Origin: Octopus sinensis | Lineage: Eukaryota | Length of the DNA stretch: 64,000 bases | Reading direction: 5' to 3' | Assembly (NCBI RefSeq): GCF_006345805.1 | Contig: NC_043015.1 | Span: 37,262,001 to 37,326,000, forward strand | In this document: piece by piece, positions 1 to 13,280 of the stretch | How the letters are laid out: every line of letters starts with the position of its first letter | How positions within the stretch are numbered: the first letter of the stretch is position 1 | Position numbers and translations under genes: made by a program | The notes under the pieces: generated by a model | Told to the model about the DNA's origin: nothing | Databases searched by the model: none | Seen by the model: the letters and a program-made list of their open reading frames with translations, nothing else

Positions 1-44
<44 letters not shown>

Positions 45-117
45 CATCATCATCATCATTATTGTTATTATCATCCAGTATTTCTAACCAAAGTCTCTGG
101 ATGGCTGCGTTCCCAAC
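1..117 (-). mobile_element. 3' end remnant of a non-LTR retrotransposon with (TAA/TGA)n tail, interrupted by the mariner
   Basis: Minus strand reads GTTGGGAACGCAGCCATCCAGAGACTTTGG...ATACTGGATGATAATAAC into a TAA array, resembling the LLGTA-type C-terminus and TAA tails of the REL LINEs elsewhere in the window. Confidence 0.35.
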
Positions 118-119
118 TA

Positions 120-809
120 TTGGGATGACAACTAAGTTCCCGCCGTTCTTTTTAAATTTAAATTTTTTAAAAGGTTTAAAAAAAAATATCACAACTTATT
201 AATCAATCATGTCTTCACCTTTGTTGTTTACAACTTCTTCCCAAAGTTCAACATGATTTCCAATGCCACGTGCGGAACCCATGCACCATACTTCTGAACC
301 GTTGCCATCAAGTGAAGATGCTTCTCTATAGCAGTGTGGGAGTATTCCATTCTCTTTGCCAGTTCCCTTGTCGTTTGACGAGCATTTTCGTGCAAAAGTT
401 GGTTTAATCGCTCTTCATGTAACTCAACTGGATAGTCAGAACAAGGTGCGTCTTTGATGTTAAAATTTCCATTTTTAAACTTGGCACATCAATCACGAGC
501 GTTTCTTTCAGCTATGGCACCCTCTCTATACACAATACAAATGTTGCGAGCATCTTTTACGGCCTTAGAATCTTGATTAAAAGCAAAAAGAAGGACGTGT
601 CAAAAATGCTCGTTTTTCTTAACTTGACATTCCATTTTAATGATCTGAAAATAAAATTAAAAAATTACTAAAATTAACTTGGAAAAAGAAACAAAATAGA
701 TTCTAAAATGGTTCAAAAATAGAAATCTCGAAAAAAATAGATTCCACAATTTAAAAACTTAATAAATTTCCAAATTAAAACAACGGCAGGAATGTAGTTG
801 TCAACCCAA
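120..809 (-). mobile_element. Internally deleted mariner (Tc1/mariner) transposon
   Basis: Imperfect TIRs TTGGGATGACAACTAAGTTCCCGCCG (from 120) and CGGCAGGAATGTAGTTGTCAACCCAA (to 809), flanked by TA at 118-119 and 810-811; a transposase remnant lies inside. Confidence 0.9.
199..635 (-). pseudogene. mariner transposase pseudogene (HTH region fused to extreme C-terminus)
   Basis: Translates MECQVKKNEHF*HVLLFAFNQ...AERNARD*CAKFKNGNFNIKDAP...RQTTRELAK...KYGAWVPH, then jumps to RGIGNHVELWEEVVNNKGEDMID*. WVPH is a mariner hallmark; the DD34D core is missing and there are two in-frame stops. Confidence 0.88.
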
Positions 810-1149
810 TATGTTGGACATCTGTGTCTACAAAACGCTGCAAAGTTCAGGGTAAATGTCTATTATATAGCAACTATAATATGTGGATCGCAAAAAAATA
901 CGAAATTATAATGTAGGAATAGAGAAAATACTATTCTGTAAGAAAACTCATGAGTTCTTCAGATTAAAGGCTCCACTGCTTCACAAAATTGGATGCATTC
1001 TTCTGGTTTGTCCACTTATGTTACTTGCAGAATTATGCTCTCTGAATAATTACCAACAATTTCAGTCGTGCAAATGTGTATATGTACGGATATGTGTGTT
1101 GTCTGCGGATGTATGTATACAGAGAGAAAAGGAGAGATAGAAGTCGACT

Positions 1150-1800
<651 letters not shown>

Positions 1801-2347
1801 TGCATTTATGGTTTACATCTCCAAAAGAATTTGTGTATGTATATGTATTTTCTACTTACATGTGTATGTGTGGGCGCCTATATGTACGCATGCTAAATAA
1901 TGGAATTTCTGAAAAAGACCTGCTCCGAGTGAAATAGCCAAGAGCTAAAAAAAAAAAAACTAAACGAAATAAGTAGGAATTATATGTATAAAAAAAAAAA
2001 CATTTATAAAGGCGTAAAAAATGAGATGTATGCGAACTGAAATGGAACCTTACTGAATGAATGAAAGAAAGGATGAAAAAAATTGCATGGAAATATAATG
2101 GTATGGAATCGGTTTTCTCTTCCAATGATTACAGAACGATACATATCGATAGCAGAAAAAGGTAAATTCTCGGAATGGTGACAATATGACCAGGGGGCAA
2201 TAATCGCATTTACTTCCATCTAACACTGATGGATAAACTATTCTAACAACGTTCCTGCGAAAGCGTTTAACATACATACATATAAATATACATACATGAA
2301 TACATACATGTGATTATATATATATATATATATACACTTACGTATAT

Positions 2348-2389
<42 letters not shown>

Positions 2390-2667
2390 TTATATATCTT
2401 TTGGGATTATCATGGTAATTTCGTTGGGGCATTATTTTTTTCCTTTCAGTTTTCAGAATATAATAATGCTGTGTGTGTCGTATATTGTAGTGCTCAGAAT
2501 ATATGAGTTTATACACTGGGTACCTAAAGGTTTTGTTAATTGATCTCACCCAACATGTATGAAAATAAAAAATGCGGTATGAAAACTTCCGAAGAAAAAT
2601 TTAATATGACTAAATAATGGATTTGCTTCTACATACATACATGCATATATATATATATATATATAAT

Positions 2668-2700
<33 letters not shown>

Positions 2701-3020
2701 TTATACATACATATGTATGAAAATGTCTGTCTGTCTGTATGTCTGTATGTATGTATGTGTGCATCACTATAACTCGAGAGGTGCCCAACCGATTTCATTC
2801 AAATTTTAAACATGGCTTACTTAAAGTCCATGGGCAAAATAATTTTCATGGTCGTCCCAAATGCGGGCCCGGAGCCATCTCTTATCTCTTACACAAGTTC
2901 AGAATTACGTGTCAAAAGTTGAACAATAAGATCTCTATTGTAACGTAAGATAATAACTTCAGTTTTAATAATTTCACTATTAATACTTACATTATGTATA
3001 TATACATACATACATTTGTG

Positions 3021-3064
<44 letters not shown>

Positions 3065-3893
3065 GATATCTATAAGTATATGTGGGACTGAACCTGGAAA
3101 CATGTGGTTGGGAAACAAGATCCTTACCACACAGCGACGGCCAACTTCAGAATTTTCCCCTCTATAATTTCAGTGAAAATGCGACCTATAATCATCGCAT
3201 TAGCAAAGAATCATGTTTTATCGCAAAATATAAATCCTTTTTAAATGCTTCCACCGAAGATTACATTACTACAAGGGCCTTAGAATAAGACCCCCGCAAG
3301 TATTAAAAACGATACATTCAGAGCAGTCACTATCCATGAATTTATTCAGAACAATTCCAATCACTACTATTACAACCACATCATGTCCCTTTTATGTCAC
3401 TTGACCACTAAAGACGATACCATGAACAGTCTACTACTGTCATACCACTCTCGTCTTTTTCTTCTTCTTTTCTATCTTTCTTTCTTTTTATCTTTCTTCT
3501 TTGCCGCTTCATTCCTCGGTCGCTGCTGCTTAAACAATCAAAATCTAGACCCAACATATCTCATAATAACTTTTTGTTTCCAGATCTGCTACTACCTACC
3601 GATCCTTCACAAAAGTAAAAGAGAGAAGGACAGAATAAAGGAAAATGTCCAAACTATTTGGAGACTATGGAATATTTAAAGAAAACGTTTTATTTTTTCC
3701 CACAATTTGATTGTTTTTCTTGCTTTATTCTCAGTTGAAAAAGTCGAAAAGGCTGAAACTGGTTCTAAAATAATCTTCAGGATAAAATTATTTAAGCATT
3801 TTCTTCCTCGTCTAAGTTTCCTTATACATAGTCACTCATGTGTTACTTTTCAACTTTCTACACACACACACACACACACACATACATACACAC

Positions 3894-3961
<68 letters not shown>

Positions 3962-3966
<5 letters not shown>

Positions 3967-4196
3967 CACAATCAAGGAACGGCCATAATAGGCCATTCAC
4001 CCACTAGAAATAACAGCCAAAAAGCTTCAACCGCAAAATAACATTAATTCCGTAAATCAGGAGAAAATTAAAAAACATTTACCCTGAAATTCCTTATACG
4101 ATGCACGGAATTAATGTTATTTTGCGGTTGAAGCTTTTTGGCTGTTATTTCTAGTGGGTGAATGGCCTATTATGGCCGTTCCTTGATTGTGATATT
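3962..4196. repeat. Perfect 92-bp inverted repeat with 51-nt spacer
   Basis: 3962-4053 (AATATCACAATCAAGG...TTAATTCCGT) is the exact reverse complement of 4105-4196. Confidence 0.95.
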
Positions 4197-4290
4197 GAAC
4201 TTAAAAATGGTTTATGACTATTTAATTTTTTCCCACTAGGCCGCTGGGGGCAAAAGAATTCTACAAAATTTTTTTGCCTCCCTATATTGA

Positions 4291-4368
<78 letters not shown>

Positions 4369-4537
4369 GAGTACATATCTGTGTATGTCAAGTATTTCTT
4401 TCATTCAAAGGACCGTGGCCTGGCTTACACTCTACCGTGAACTTTTTCAGCCTATCAATTTGATCCCATCGTTTTATGATGCCCTCCCGCTGAAACGCTA
4501 AATGTGTGAGACGTATGAATATATATTTGTGGATAAA

Positions 4538-4725
4538 GGCGGCGAGCTGACAGAAACGTTAGCGCACCGGGCGAAATGCTTAGCGGTATTTCGTCTGTCG
4601 TTACGTTCTGAGTTCAAATTCCGCCGAGGTCGACTTTGCCTTTCATCCTCTCGGGGTCGATAAATAAAGTACCAGTTTCACACTGGGTCGATGTAAACGA
4701 CTTAATCCCTTTTTCTGTCCGTCTA
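4538..4725 (+). mobile_element. tRNA-derived SINE, family A (core GTCGACTTTGCCTTTCATCC...GGTCGATAAATTAAGTACCAG, Nin-domain-like)
   Basis: Head GGCGGCGAGCTGACAGAAACGTTAGC, B-box-like GAGTTCAAATTCC, and a core shared with many other copies in the window. Confidence 0.85.
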
Positions 4726-4729
4726 CCGA

Positions 4730-5250
4730 TTTCTGATAGGCATTGGTTCAGGAAACTTTTGCCTGGGAAGCAAACTTCTTACCATTCAAGAAGCTTATGT
4801 TTTTTATACTATGTTAACTTATAAACAAAACAGTTTTACTTTAATCGGAAAAGATACTCCACGGGTTTCTAAAGTACAAATTATTAATCTATTAATATGA
4901 ATAGTACTAATAGTAACTTCGATGTTTCCACCACCTATGACATCACGGAACCATGATGAATTAAGGTTAATCTCAGCTTTATATATCCTCCGTTGAGACT
5001 ACAAGTCTTTCTGTGTGTGAGAGGTGAAGTTGAATTGTAATTATATTGTAGGATAGGTTTCAAATGAGAGGTGCAGAGTATTGTTTATTGATTAAATTTG
5101 AGTTTCTGTTATTTCCTAGAATTTGCACAAGCGTATAAAATTTTAAAAACACGTGTGTGTATTTAGGTGGGTCGGCTTGAGGTCTTGGATTTTTATTATA
5201 GTGCTTCCCAAAGACAATTTTACCTTAAATGAAAGGGATATTGAATAGAT
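4730..5250 (-). mobile_element. Degraded Penelope-like element remnant
   Basis: Fragmentary minus-strand similarity to the linker/GIY-YIG region seen more clearly at 47170-48560; many stops. Confidence 0.35.
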
Positions 5251-5725
5251 TTTTAAAGTACAAATTATAAATAGATGTGGCTAGACGGAGGGAATGGTTT
5301 TGGTCAGTGGGTGTGTCACTAATTTAATGAATTTTTTTTTGTTTTATTGGATTTTATACTTTGCTTTGAAAATATAAATGTCAAAGCTTAAACTTCTACA
5401 TGCATGAATAAACTCAGAACAATAACGGAACCCCGAATTTAATCAGTGGAACTTTCTCTACAAGACCTCTCCGTCACGACCAAATCTACACTATAACCTC
5501 TCAAGTGAACCCCACATCCCCGAGAAAGAAATTCATCTCCTCAGAGACTATATGAAAGCAAGATATGCCCGAATCTTTTCTGTATGTGTGTGTGTGTTTG
5601 TGAGTGCGTGTGTGTATTTCGTATTTTGGTATATCAGCTTTATATTTGAGGTAGCTTTTTTTGTGAATGTATGTATATGTGTATGTGAGTGTGTGTTGCG
5701 CCCTGTATGTGTGTGAGTGAGTGAG

Positions 5726-5768
<43 letters not shown>

Positions 5769-6127
5769 TGTGTGTGTGAGTTAAAGAGACATGAATAAAA
5801 TGATGACACTGTAGTTTCTCGTTAATTCTTACAGCACGTATGGTGTATCTTTCCATGCGACAACTCGTTTTTACAGGAAAATTAATAGCCAAGGTAGGAA
5901 GCACTTTTGCCAAAATTAAAGCCTTAGAATTTTGCCACGAACTTCTTTTAACTTTCTTATCCTACCTATCCCAGATTTCATTTCCCTGCGGTGGAACATC
6001 TTTAACAAATCGTAGGCACCTCATTGAGGAATGGATTCTATCTAAAGTGTAACGGAACAGTACCACGACACCATGCTATGAATCAAGAGCAATAATATCA
6101 GTTTCTCGTCCTGATAGAAATAGTAAC

Positions 6128-6660
<533 letters not shown>

Positions 6661-7269
6661 TAGCGTTAACACATTACATGATGTGATTTCTAATGTTTAA
6701 GATTGGATGGTTAATATTTAAATTCCAAATATTTGGGTATTCCTCCTGCTTTCCTTGTATATAAGCATTCATGATCATGAGCAGGAACTCAGCACTGGAT
6801 ATGGACCTATTCTCTGTTTGCGGAACTATGATTAAATAACAACAAAAGTCGACCATATTGCCTCCTGACATCCGATGAAATTGCTCTGAGGTGTACCTAA
6901 TGTCGATGCAGCAAATTGGTTTATATTTCAAAGAGTGAGGTTATGGAAACCTGCTTCTGACATTTAATAATCATTATATCATTTGAAACCTATTCTCTTT
7001 GATTAAATCATGATTCTACGATCCATAATTCATTATCTCATTCCATTCTATACAGCATTTCCTGTCATCAATCAACCGTATGTTTTATTCCCTTACATCT
7101 TGATTATATAGCTCGTTCTCTCCGATTCTGCTCGTTTCTTTCCTCTCCCTCCCCTCTCTCTTTCTCTGACCTCTCTCTGAAACTCTCTCTCTCTCTCATT
7201 CAAACCGTATCTATATATTCATGAACATATAAGTTGCCTGAGTCAAGCTCTTTCCGCTCCGAGTCTCAC

Positions 7270-7325
7270 CTATGGGCGCACAGGGTTTCTGGCATCTAAC
7301 ATACGTAGGATTAAGAGTAAAATGT
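7270..7325 (-). CDS. Candidate 56-nt internal exon (phase 2 to phase 1), peptide (R)HFTLNPTYVRCQKPCAPI(G)
   Basis: Strong acceptor CTTTGTACTTTTCAG and donor AG|GTGAGA; only one open frame; non-repetitive sequence. Confidence 0.45.
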
Positions 7326-7584
7326 CTGAAAAGTACAAAGTATGCGTGCATGTGAGAATGTGTGCGTGATATTTGTTTCCTTATTATATACTCTGTGTAT
7401 ATATGTATAAATATAAAATTATTCTTAGTGTAAACAATAATCCTCTTAGCCGGATTAGGGATTTTCATTGGCCGGATTTTATATCCAACCAACGATTCTC
7501 CTCACAGACTGGGATGCGTATTGTTATTTGCATGATTCAGGAGCGCCAAATCAAACTTTTGGCCATGTTATACGATTTTCCGAG

Positions 7585-7835
7585 TTAGAACCTGGTTACA
7601 GCGTTCTCGTCAATTAGGATCCGGTTGGGCTGACGGCTCGTGTTGGCCGACCACACGGCACACGGTTTGTTGCAGAGAATGCGATTGAGTGGGAGTATAC
7701 ACCACGACTTGCCCTTCCGAGTGGACCCAGAAGTATACCGACAAATAGTGGTTGCAACAATCCCGCTGCAACGGTGCATGACCTCGCAGCACCTGACGTT
7801 AATGCACAGTGCTTGAAAATAAGGATGTACCTCTT
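7585..7835. other. GC-rich coding-like island of unresolved origin
   Basis: Visibly far more GC-rich than the flanks; open frames on both strands (minus ALCINVRCCEVMHRC...IDENAVTRF*; plus DPVGLTARVGRPHGTRFVAENAIEWEY...). No family confidently recognised. Confidence 0.4.
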
Positions 7836-8164
7836 AACAACAAGAGACATTGAAACAACAAATATCTGCGTCTGGCTAATTTCATGTCTATGGACTATGG
7901 TCAGCTTGAGCAGAAACTCAGATCTATAAGACAAGCTTGTCCAGAGTTATTGGTTTCAAACTTTGGCACAAGGCCAGCAATTGTAGGGGGAGGGTGTAAG
8001 CCGATTACATCAAGCCCAGTATTCAATTGGTATTTATTTTATCGAAAGGATGAAAGTGGATTTCGGTGCAACTTGAACATAAAACGTAAAGACGGACAAA
8101 ATCTGGCCAAGCATTTTATCCGGTATGCCCACCATTCAGCCAACTCGCTGTCTTACCATACTTT

Positions 8165-8392
8165 TTCTTTTCTTTTATTCTTTTATTGGTTTCAGTCATT
8201 TGACTGCAGCCATACTGGAGCAGCACCTGTAGTGGAACAAATCGATACCAGGACTTATTCTTTGTAAGCCTAGTACGTATTCCATCGGTCTCTTTTGCCG
8301 AACCGCTAAGTTACGGGGACGTAAACACACCAACATCGGTTGTCAAGCGATGGTACAGGGACAAACACAGACACTCACACGCACATGCGCGT

Positions 8393-8423
<31 letters not shown>

Positions 8424-8585
8424 CGATGGGCTTCTTTCAGTTTCCCTCTACCAAATCTACTCATAAGGCTTTGGTCGGGCGGATGCTATAATAGATGACA
8501 TTTTCGCTAGCTGCCACGCAGTGAAGCTGAATCCAGAACCATGTGGTTGCGAAGCAAGCTTCTTGCCATACAGCCACCCCACGCC
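8165..8585 (-). mobile_element. tRNA-derived SINE, family B, with internal (CA/TA)n
   Basis: Near full-length copy: head GGCGTGGGGTGGCTGTATGG, body CCGACCAAAGCCTTATGAGTAGATTTGGTAGAGGGAAACTGAAAGAAGCCC, tail CAGTCAAATGACTGAAACC. Confidence 0.85.
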
Positions 8586-8610
8586 TGCATACCCAAAAAT
8601 ATTAAATACC

Positions 8611-8843
8611 TATTTCTTTATTACCCACAAGGGGCTAAACACAGAGGGGACAAACAAGGACAGACATAGGTATTAAGTCGATTACATTGACCCCAGTGTG
8701 TAACTGGTACTTAATTTATCGACCTCGATAGGATGAAAGGCAAAGTCGACCTCGGCGGAATTTGAACTCACAACGTAACGCAGACGAAATACCGCTAAGC
8801 ATTTCGCCCGGCGTGCTAACGTTTCTGCCAGCTTGCCGCCTTT
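8611..8843 (-). mobile_element. Full-length family A SINE with 17-bp TSD
   Basis: CAAAAATATTAAATACC at 8594-8610 and 8844-8860 flanks a complete copy. Confidence 0.92.
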
Positions 8844-9729
8844 CAAAAATATTAAATACCACCTAGTTAGAACGTGTCCATTTCTACAGTGTTATATGTT
8901 TAATGATCTGTTTGGCAATCGGAATTTTTTTTTCTTCTGAAAACTTTCAGAACCCATGGAAGCTTAAGTGATGAATTATACTTATTAAGTATTCAGTTTT
9001 CTATAATGTTTTTCTATATACACAAATCATCAAACATACGAGAGAGCTTATCGTTATTTATTTTATTTTTTGAGGCTTTTCATTCCAATAAATCTTTTGG
9101 CCACTAGAATTATGTTGTCGACAAAATTAAAAACATTTGTATCTATGTTTATGTTTATCATTCGAATATTCATATATACAATATTGTGGGTACATAAATA
9201 TATTCATAAATATATTCAAAATAAGTCTGGACGCACTCGTTGGCTCGGAAATTTCGCTTTGATATATATTTGAGTAAGTCACTTATTCACTTATTTCACA
9301 ATAAATTATAAAACGGTTCGTATCTATGGAAACTTTCTTTAACTTTGTGTTTGTTTGTAGAATTTCAAATTAAGAATTTATTTGCAAGGATTGCAGTCTG
9401 GGAATATTGAGAGATGGAGTTGAGATTAATGTGAAAACAAAACTGAAACGTTGCTATCGCCACAACATTTCGAGAAGGGAAAATAACCAGAGATAAAAAA
9501 GAAAAGAAAGAAAACAGTGTGGAGAGAAATAAATAAAGTAAAATTCTATTTACACCTGTAGTACGTTTGAAGCAAAACAAGATGCAAAACAACCAGGTAA
9601 ACTAGAAACTTTAACGGAAAACGATACCGGTGATTTTTGCTCCGCAAAAAGCATTCCAATACTAGGGGCAAAAGAAAGTTGAGGTGAAGCTGCTTCAATG
9701 CAGTTCAACCTTCTAATATAGACGCTTCA

Positions 9730-10126
9730 AAGGCGGCGAGTTGGCAGAATCGTAAGCGCGTCGGGCGAAATGCTTCGCGGTATTTCGTCTGCCGCTACGT
9801 TCCGATTTCAAATTCCGCCGAAGACGACTTTGCCTTTCATCCTTTCGGGGTCGGTAAATTAAGTACCAGTTACGCACTGGGGTCGATATAATCGACTTAA
9901 TCCGTTTGTCTGTCCTTCTTTGTGCTCTCTGTGTTTAGCCTCTTGTAGGTAGTAAAGAAATAAGTATTTCATCTATCTTTAAGTCCTGAGTTCAAATTCC
10001 ACCGAGGTCGACTTTGTCTTTCAACCTATACGACTCAATGAATTAAGTACCAGTTGCGGATTGGCATCGATCTAATCGAATGTCCCCCTTCCCCCAAATG
10101 TCAGGTCTTGTGCCTAGAACAGAAAA
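9730..10126 (+). mobile_element. Two tandem family A SINEs (full copy, then 5'-truncated copy with a different tail)
   Basis: 9730-9960 is a complete copy; 9961-10126 repeats the core and ends in CCCCCAAATGTCAGGTCTTGTGCCTAGAACAGAAAAG. Confidence 0.85.
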
Positions 10127-10319
10127 GCAGCAATTGATGTAATGGTTACTACAAACACCTGGGTGATCTCTAGCAAGGTTCGATTCTTATACGCGTGTCT
10201 AAGCGTCCTTTTTCTTCTCATTGTCTAGGATATTCGACTCGATATGCGAAGAGCTGTTATTTACAAGAACATATGTATTATATCAACAATTCAATTATTT
10301 AATTTTAATATTATTCAAA

Positions 10320-10545
10320 GCGAAGGCGGAGGGCTGACAAAATCGATAGTAAGCCGAGCTAGAGACTTACTAGTCTTTCGTCTGTCTTTAATTTCTTAGT
10401 TCAAATTCCCCCGAGTTTGACTTCGCCCTTCATCTTTTCAAGGTCGATAAAACAAGTAGCTGTTGAATAATGGTGGGTGGCAATGTAATCGGCTTACCCC
10501 CACTTGAAGTTGCTAACCTTATGCTAAAACTTGAAGCCAAAATTA
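10320..10545 (+). mobile_element. Degraded family A SINE
   Basis: GGCGGAGGGCTGAC...AGTTCAAATTCCCCCGAGTTTGACTTCGCCCTTCATCTTTTCAAGGTCGATAAAAC. Confidence 0.65.
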
Positions 10546-11290
10546 CAATAAGTTTCAAGAGAAAACTTAGAGAAGTATGAACTTTACTGCGTGTCCAGTA
10601 AAAGCTTCTTGTGTACCAGTCAAAATGCAATGCTGGAAACCTGTCCATTACCTCAACAGGTATCTTAGGATCACAAGGCTATCGTGCCTTTACCAGTAAG
10701 TTTCACCTTAGCCAGACAACGAACACAAACTTAGACTTCACAGACGATAAATAGGGAAAAGCGTTTTATACCTCCATTCATGTTGCAGCATATCCTCGTA
10801 GAGTGAGTCTCAAATTCCTCAAAACATGGAGCGAAATATTATATATATATATATATATATATGGTAGTAAGTGTAATATATATATATATATATATAATAT
10901 ATATATATATATACTCATGTAGCTACGCGTGTGTAGATGTCGTATGCTTAGAATTATGCATGGCTGTATGTGCACATGCTGTTTGTCTATATATAGACTC
11001 TCATCTCTTTCTCTATGCTTCTCTCTCTTACTCTCGCTCTCTCTAATCTTGTATACTTCAAATATTTCATGTAATTACATATATAAATATTTCTATTCAG
11101 ATGAAAAAATTAAAAACAGACCGAGAACGTTGTGTGACGAAAGAACTCAGCCCAAGGAGGAGCGTCCTTTGTATTTCTATTTATTTAAACAAAGGTTTTT
11201 TTCAAACTTTTCTTAGGCTTACAAACTTCTACAGCTGAGCTATCTCTCCGTCTCTTTTGCCTCTTCATCATCTCAATACAAACAAGGATA

Positions 11291-11365
<75 letters not shown>

Positions 11366-11370
11366 ACGTG

Positions 11371-11411
<41 letters not shown>

Positions 11412-11493
11412 ATTTGTATGGTATTCAACTGACGTACCCACTTATTGGGTGATTCACGCAATCCCTTTGAAGGAATTATTTTCTTCAATTTGT

Positions 11494-11529
<36 letters not shown>

Positions 11530-11905
11530 TTATAAACGCGCGAACTTACGCATGCTTACGCATGTAGTTACATGTACCTATATGTATAGTGCCTGTATAC
11601 ATATATATATATATATTTATGTACATATGTAGAGAGAGAGAGAGAGGAGAGAGATGAAGAGGGGGAGAGAAAGTTGGAGAGAATCGTATAGGATAAGCAT
11701 CTATCTGTTCATCTCTTCGGTATCTATGCTTTGCTTTATCGCTCTACCTTCTTCTGTCTCTCTTCTTTTCTCCCATCTTTCACTCTCTCTATATTTATGA
11801 ATATGTACGCATGCGTGTATACAAACACATATTTCTGTATGTACTTAGAGTAGGAGAGGGTTAGATACACAATTCACGTTCACACGTAATTGTATGTATT
11901 GAGAA

Positions 11906-11968
<63 letters not shown>

Positions 11969-12949
11969 ATATATATATATAATATATATATATAGACCTC
12001 AGTATTTATGTGTATGGATGAATAACACACATCACATTACACTGACTTTCATCATCATTCGACGTTTCTCTGCCTCGATATTTCAGCTTTTGTCATTCCG
12101 AAATTGATGAGTTCCTGGAATTGGATATCACTCTTCTGTCAGATCCGACATATTGGTAAACATTCCTGGCAGAAATTACCAATTCTTTGCACATAAAACA
12201 GCAATCAATTCAATAGTCATTAGCGCGCTCTATCAAAATCATCTTAGTTACGAAGCGAGACTTTTATCTCGGTAATTGTCAATTGTTAGAAACTGTTCTT
12301 GTTATGCATGCTGTTGTTGATGATGATGATGTTACTGTTGTAGTTAATGACACTAGTAATGCTGCCTCTGTAGTTTATTGTTGTGCTGTTGATTATTTTA
12401 TTGTTATTTCTATTGAATATGTCGATGTTAGTTTCTCTCGTTGCTATTATCACAGCAGCTACTGTCTTTGTATCTCTTCTATTTCGTTGCTTCTTCTATC
12501 GAATGTTTTGTTATTTATTTGTTATAATTCATCATGCTTTTATTAATACGGTTGAAAATATTTTTTTATTATTTTCTCTCCTGTTAACGTTGCCACTGAA
12601 GCCTGTTTTGTTGTGTTATGGCGAATGCCGTTCTTCCCGGTTTCGGCGGTGGCGCTGTCGTTTCTACCGTTGTTATTTTTTTGCTATTTACGTTGCTAAC
12701 GGTGCTGCTAACATTATTTATGCTGTAGGTATACTCGGCAGTGCTGCTTCTGCTTTGTTGTTAATGGTAATTTTTTCTTAACTTTTCCGTCGTTATTGTT
12801 GCTACTCTTAAATTGGGGATTCGGTTTTTTTGTTGGCTCTTTGTTGTTGGTAGAGATGAAGTTCATGTTGTTGTTCTTGTATATTCTGTAGTACTGTTGT
12901 CCTCGTTGCTTTTCCTGCACCTCTTGACCTTTTTCTCATTCATCACCTT

Positions 12950-13138
12950 TTGTGTCATCTTCATCAAATTTTTTGTCCATTTTTTGTCATTTTTGCTTAT
13001 TTCCGCTTTCATCACCATCACCATCATCATCATCATTATCGTCGTCATCGTCATCATCATCACTATCGTCATCATCATCATCAGCAGCAGAAGCAACCTC
13101 ATATAATAATGATAATAATAATAATAATAATAATAATA

Positions 13139-13195
<57 letters not shown>

Positions 13196-13239
13196 ATATT
13201 GTTATTGTTGTTGTTATTATAATTATTATTATTATTATT

Positions 13240-13278
<39 letters not shown>

Positions 13279-13280
13279 TT
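12950..13280. repeat. Compound trinucleotide array (CAT/TAA/TTA)
   Basis: Direct inspection. Confidence 0.95.

Noticed and set aside
5830-6052. ORFs and possible exon TYGVSFHATTRFYRKINSQ
   Set aside because: Weak donor, open frames on both strands and no recognisable homology; insufficient support.
6674-6931. 85-aa minus-strand ORF
   Set aside because: IRYTSEQFHRM...SISSAEFL resembles a decayed RTE RT thumb; not a host gene.
12085-12160. Possible plus-strand exon FCHSEIDEFLELDITLLSDPTYW
   Set aside because: Isolated candidate with moderate splice sites and no partner exons or recognisable family.
12283-13106. Long hydrophobic ORFs suggesting membrane proteins
   Set aside because: Degenerate TTG/CAT low-complexity DNA.
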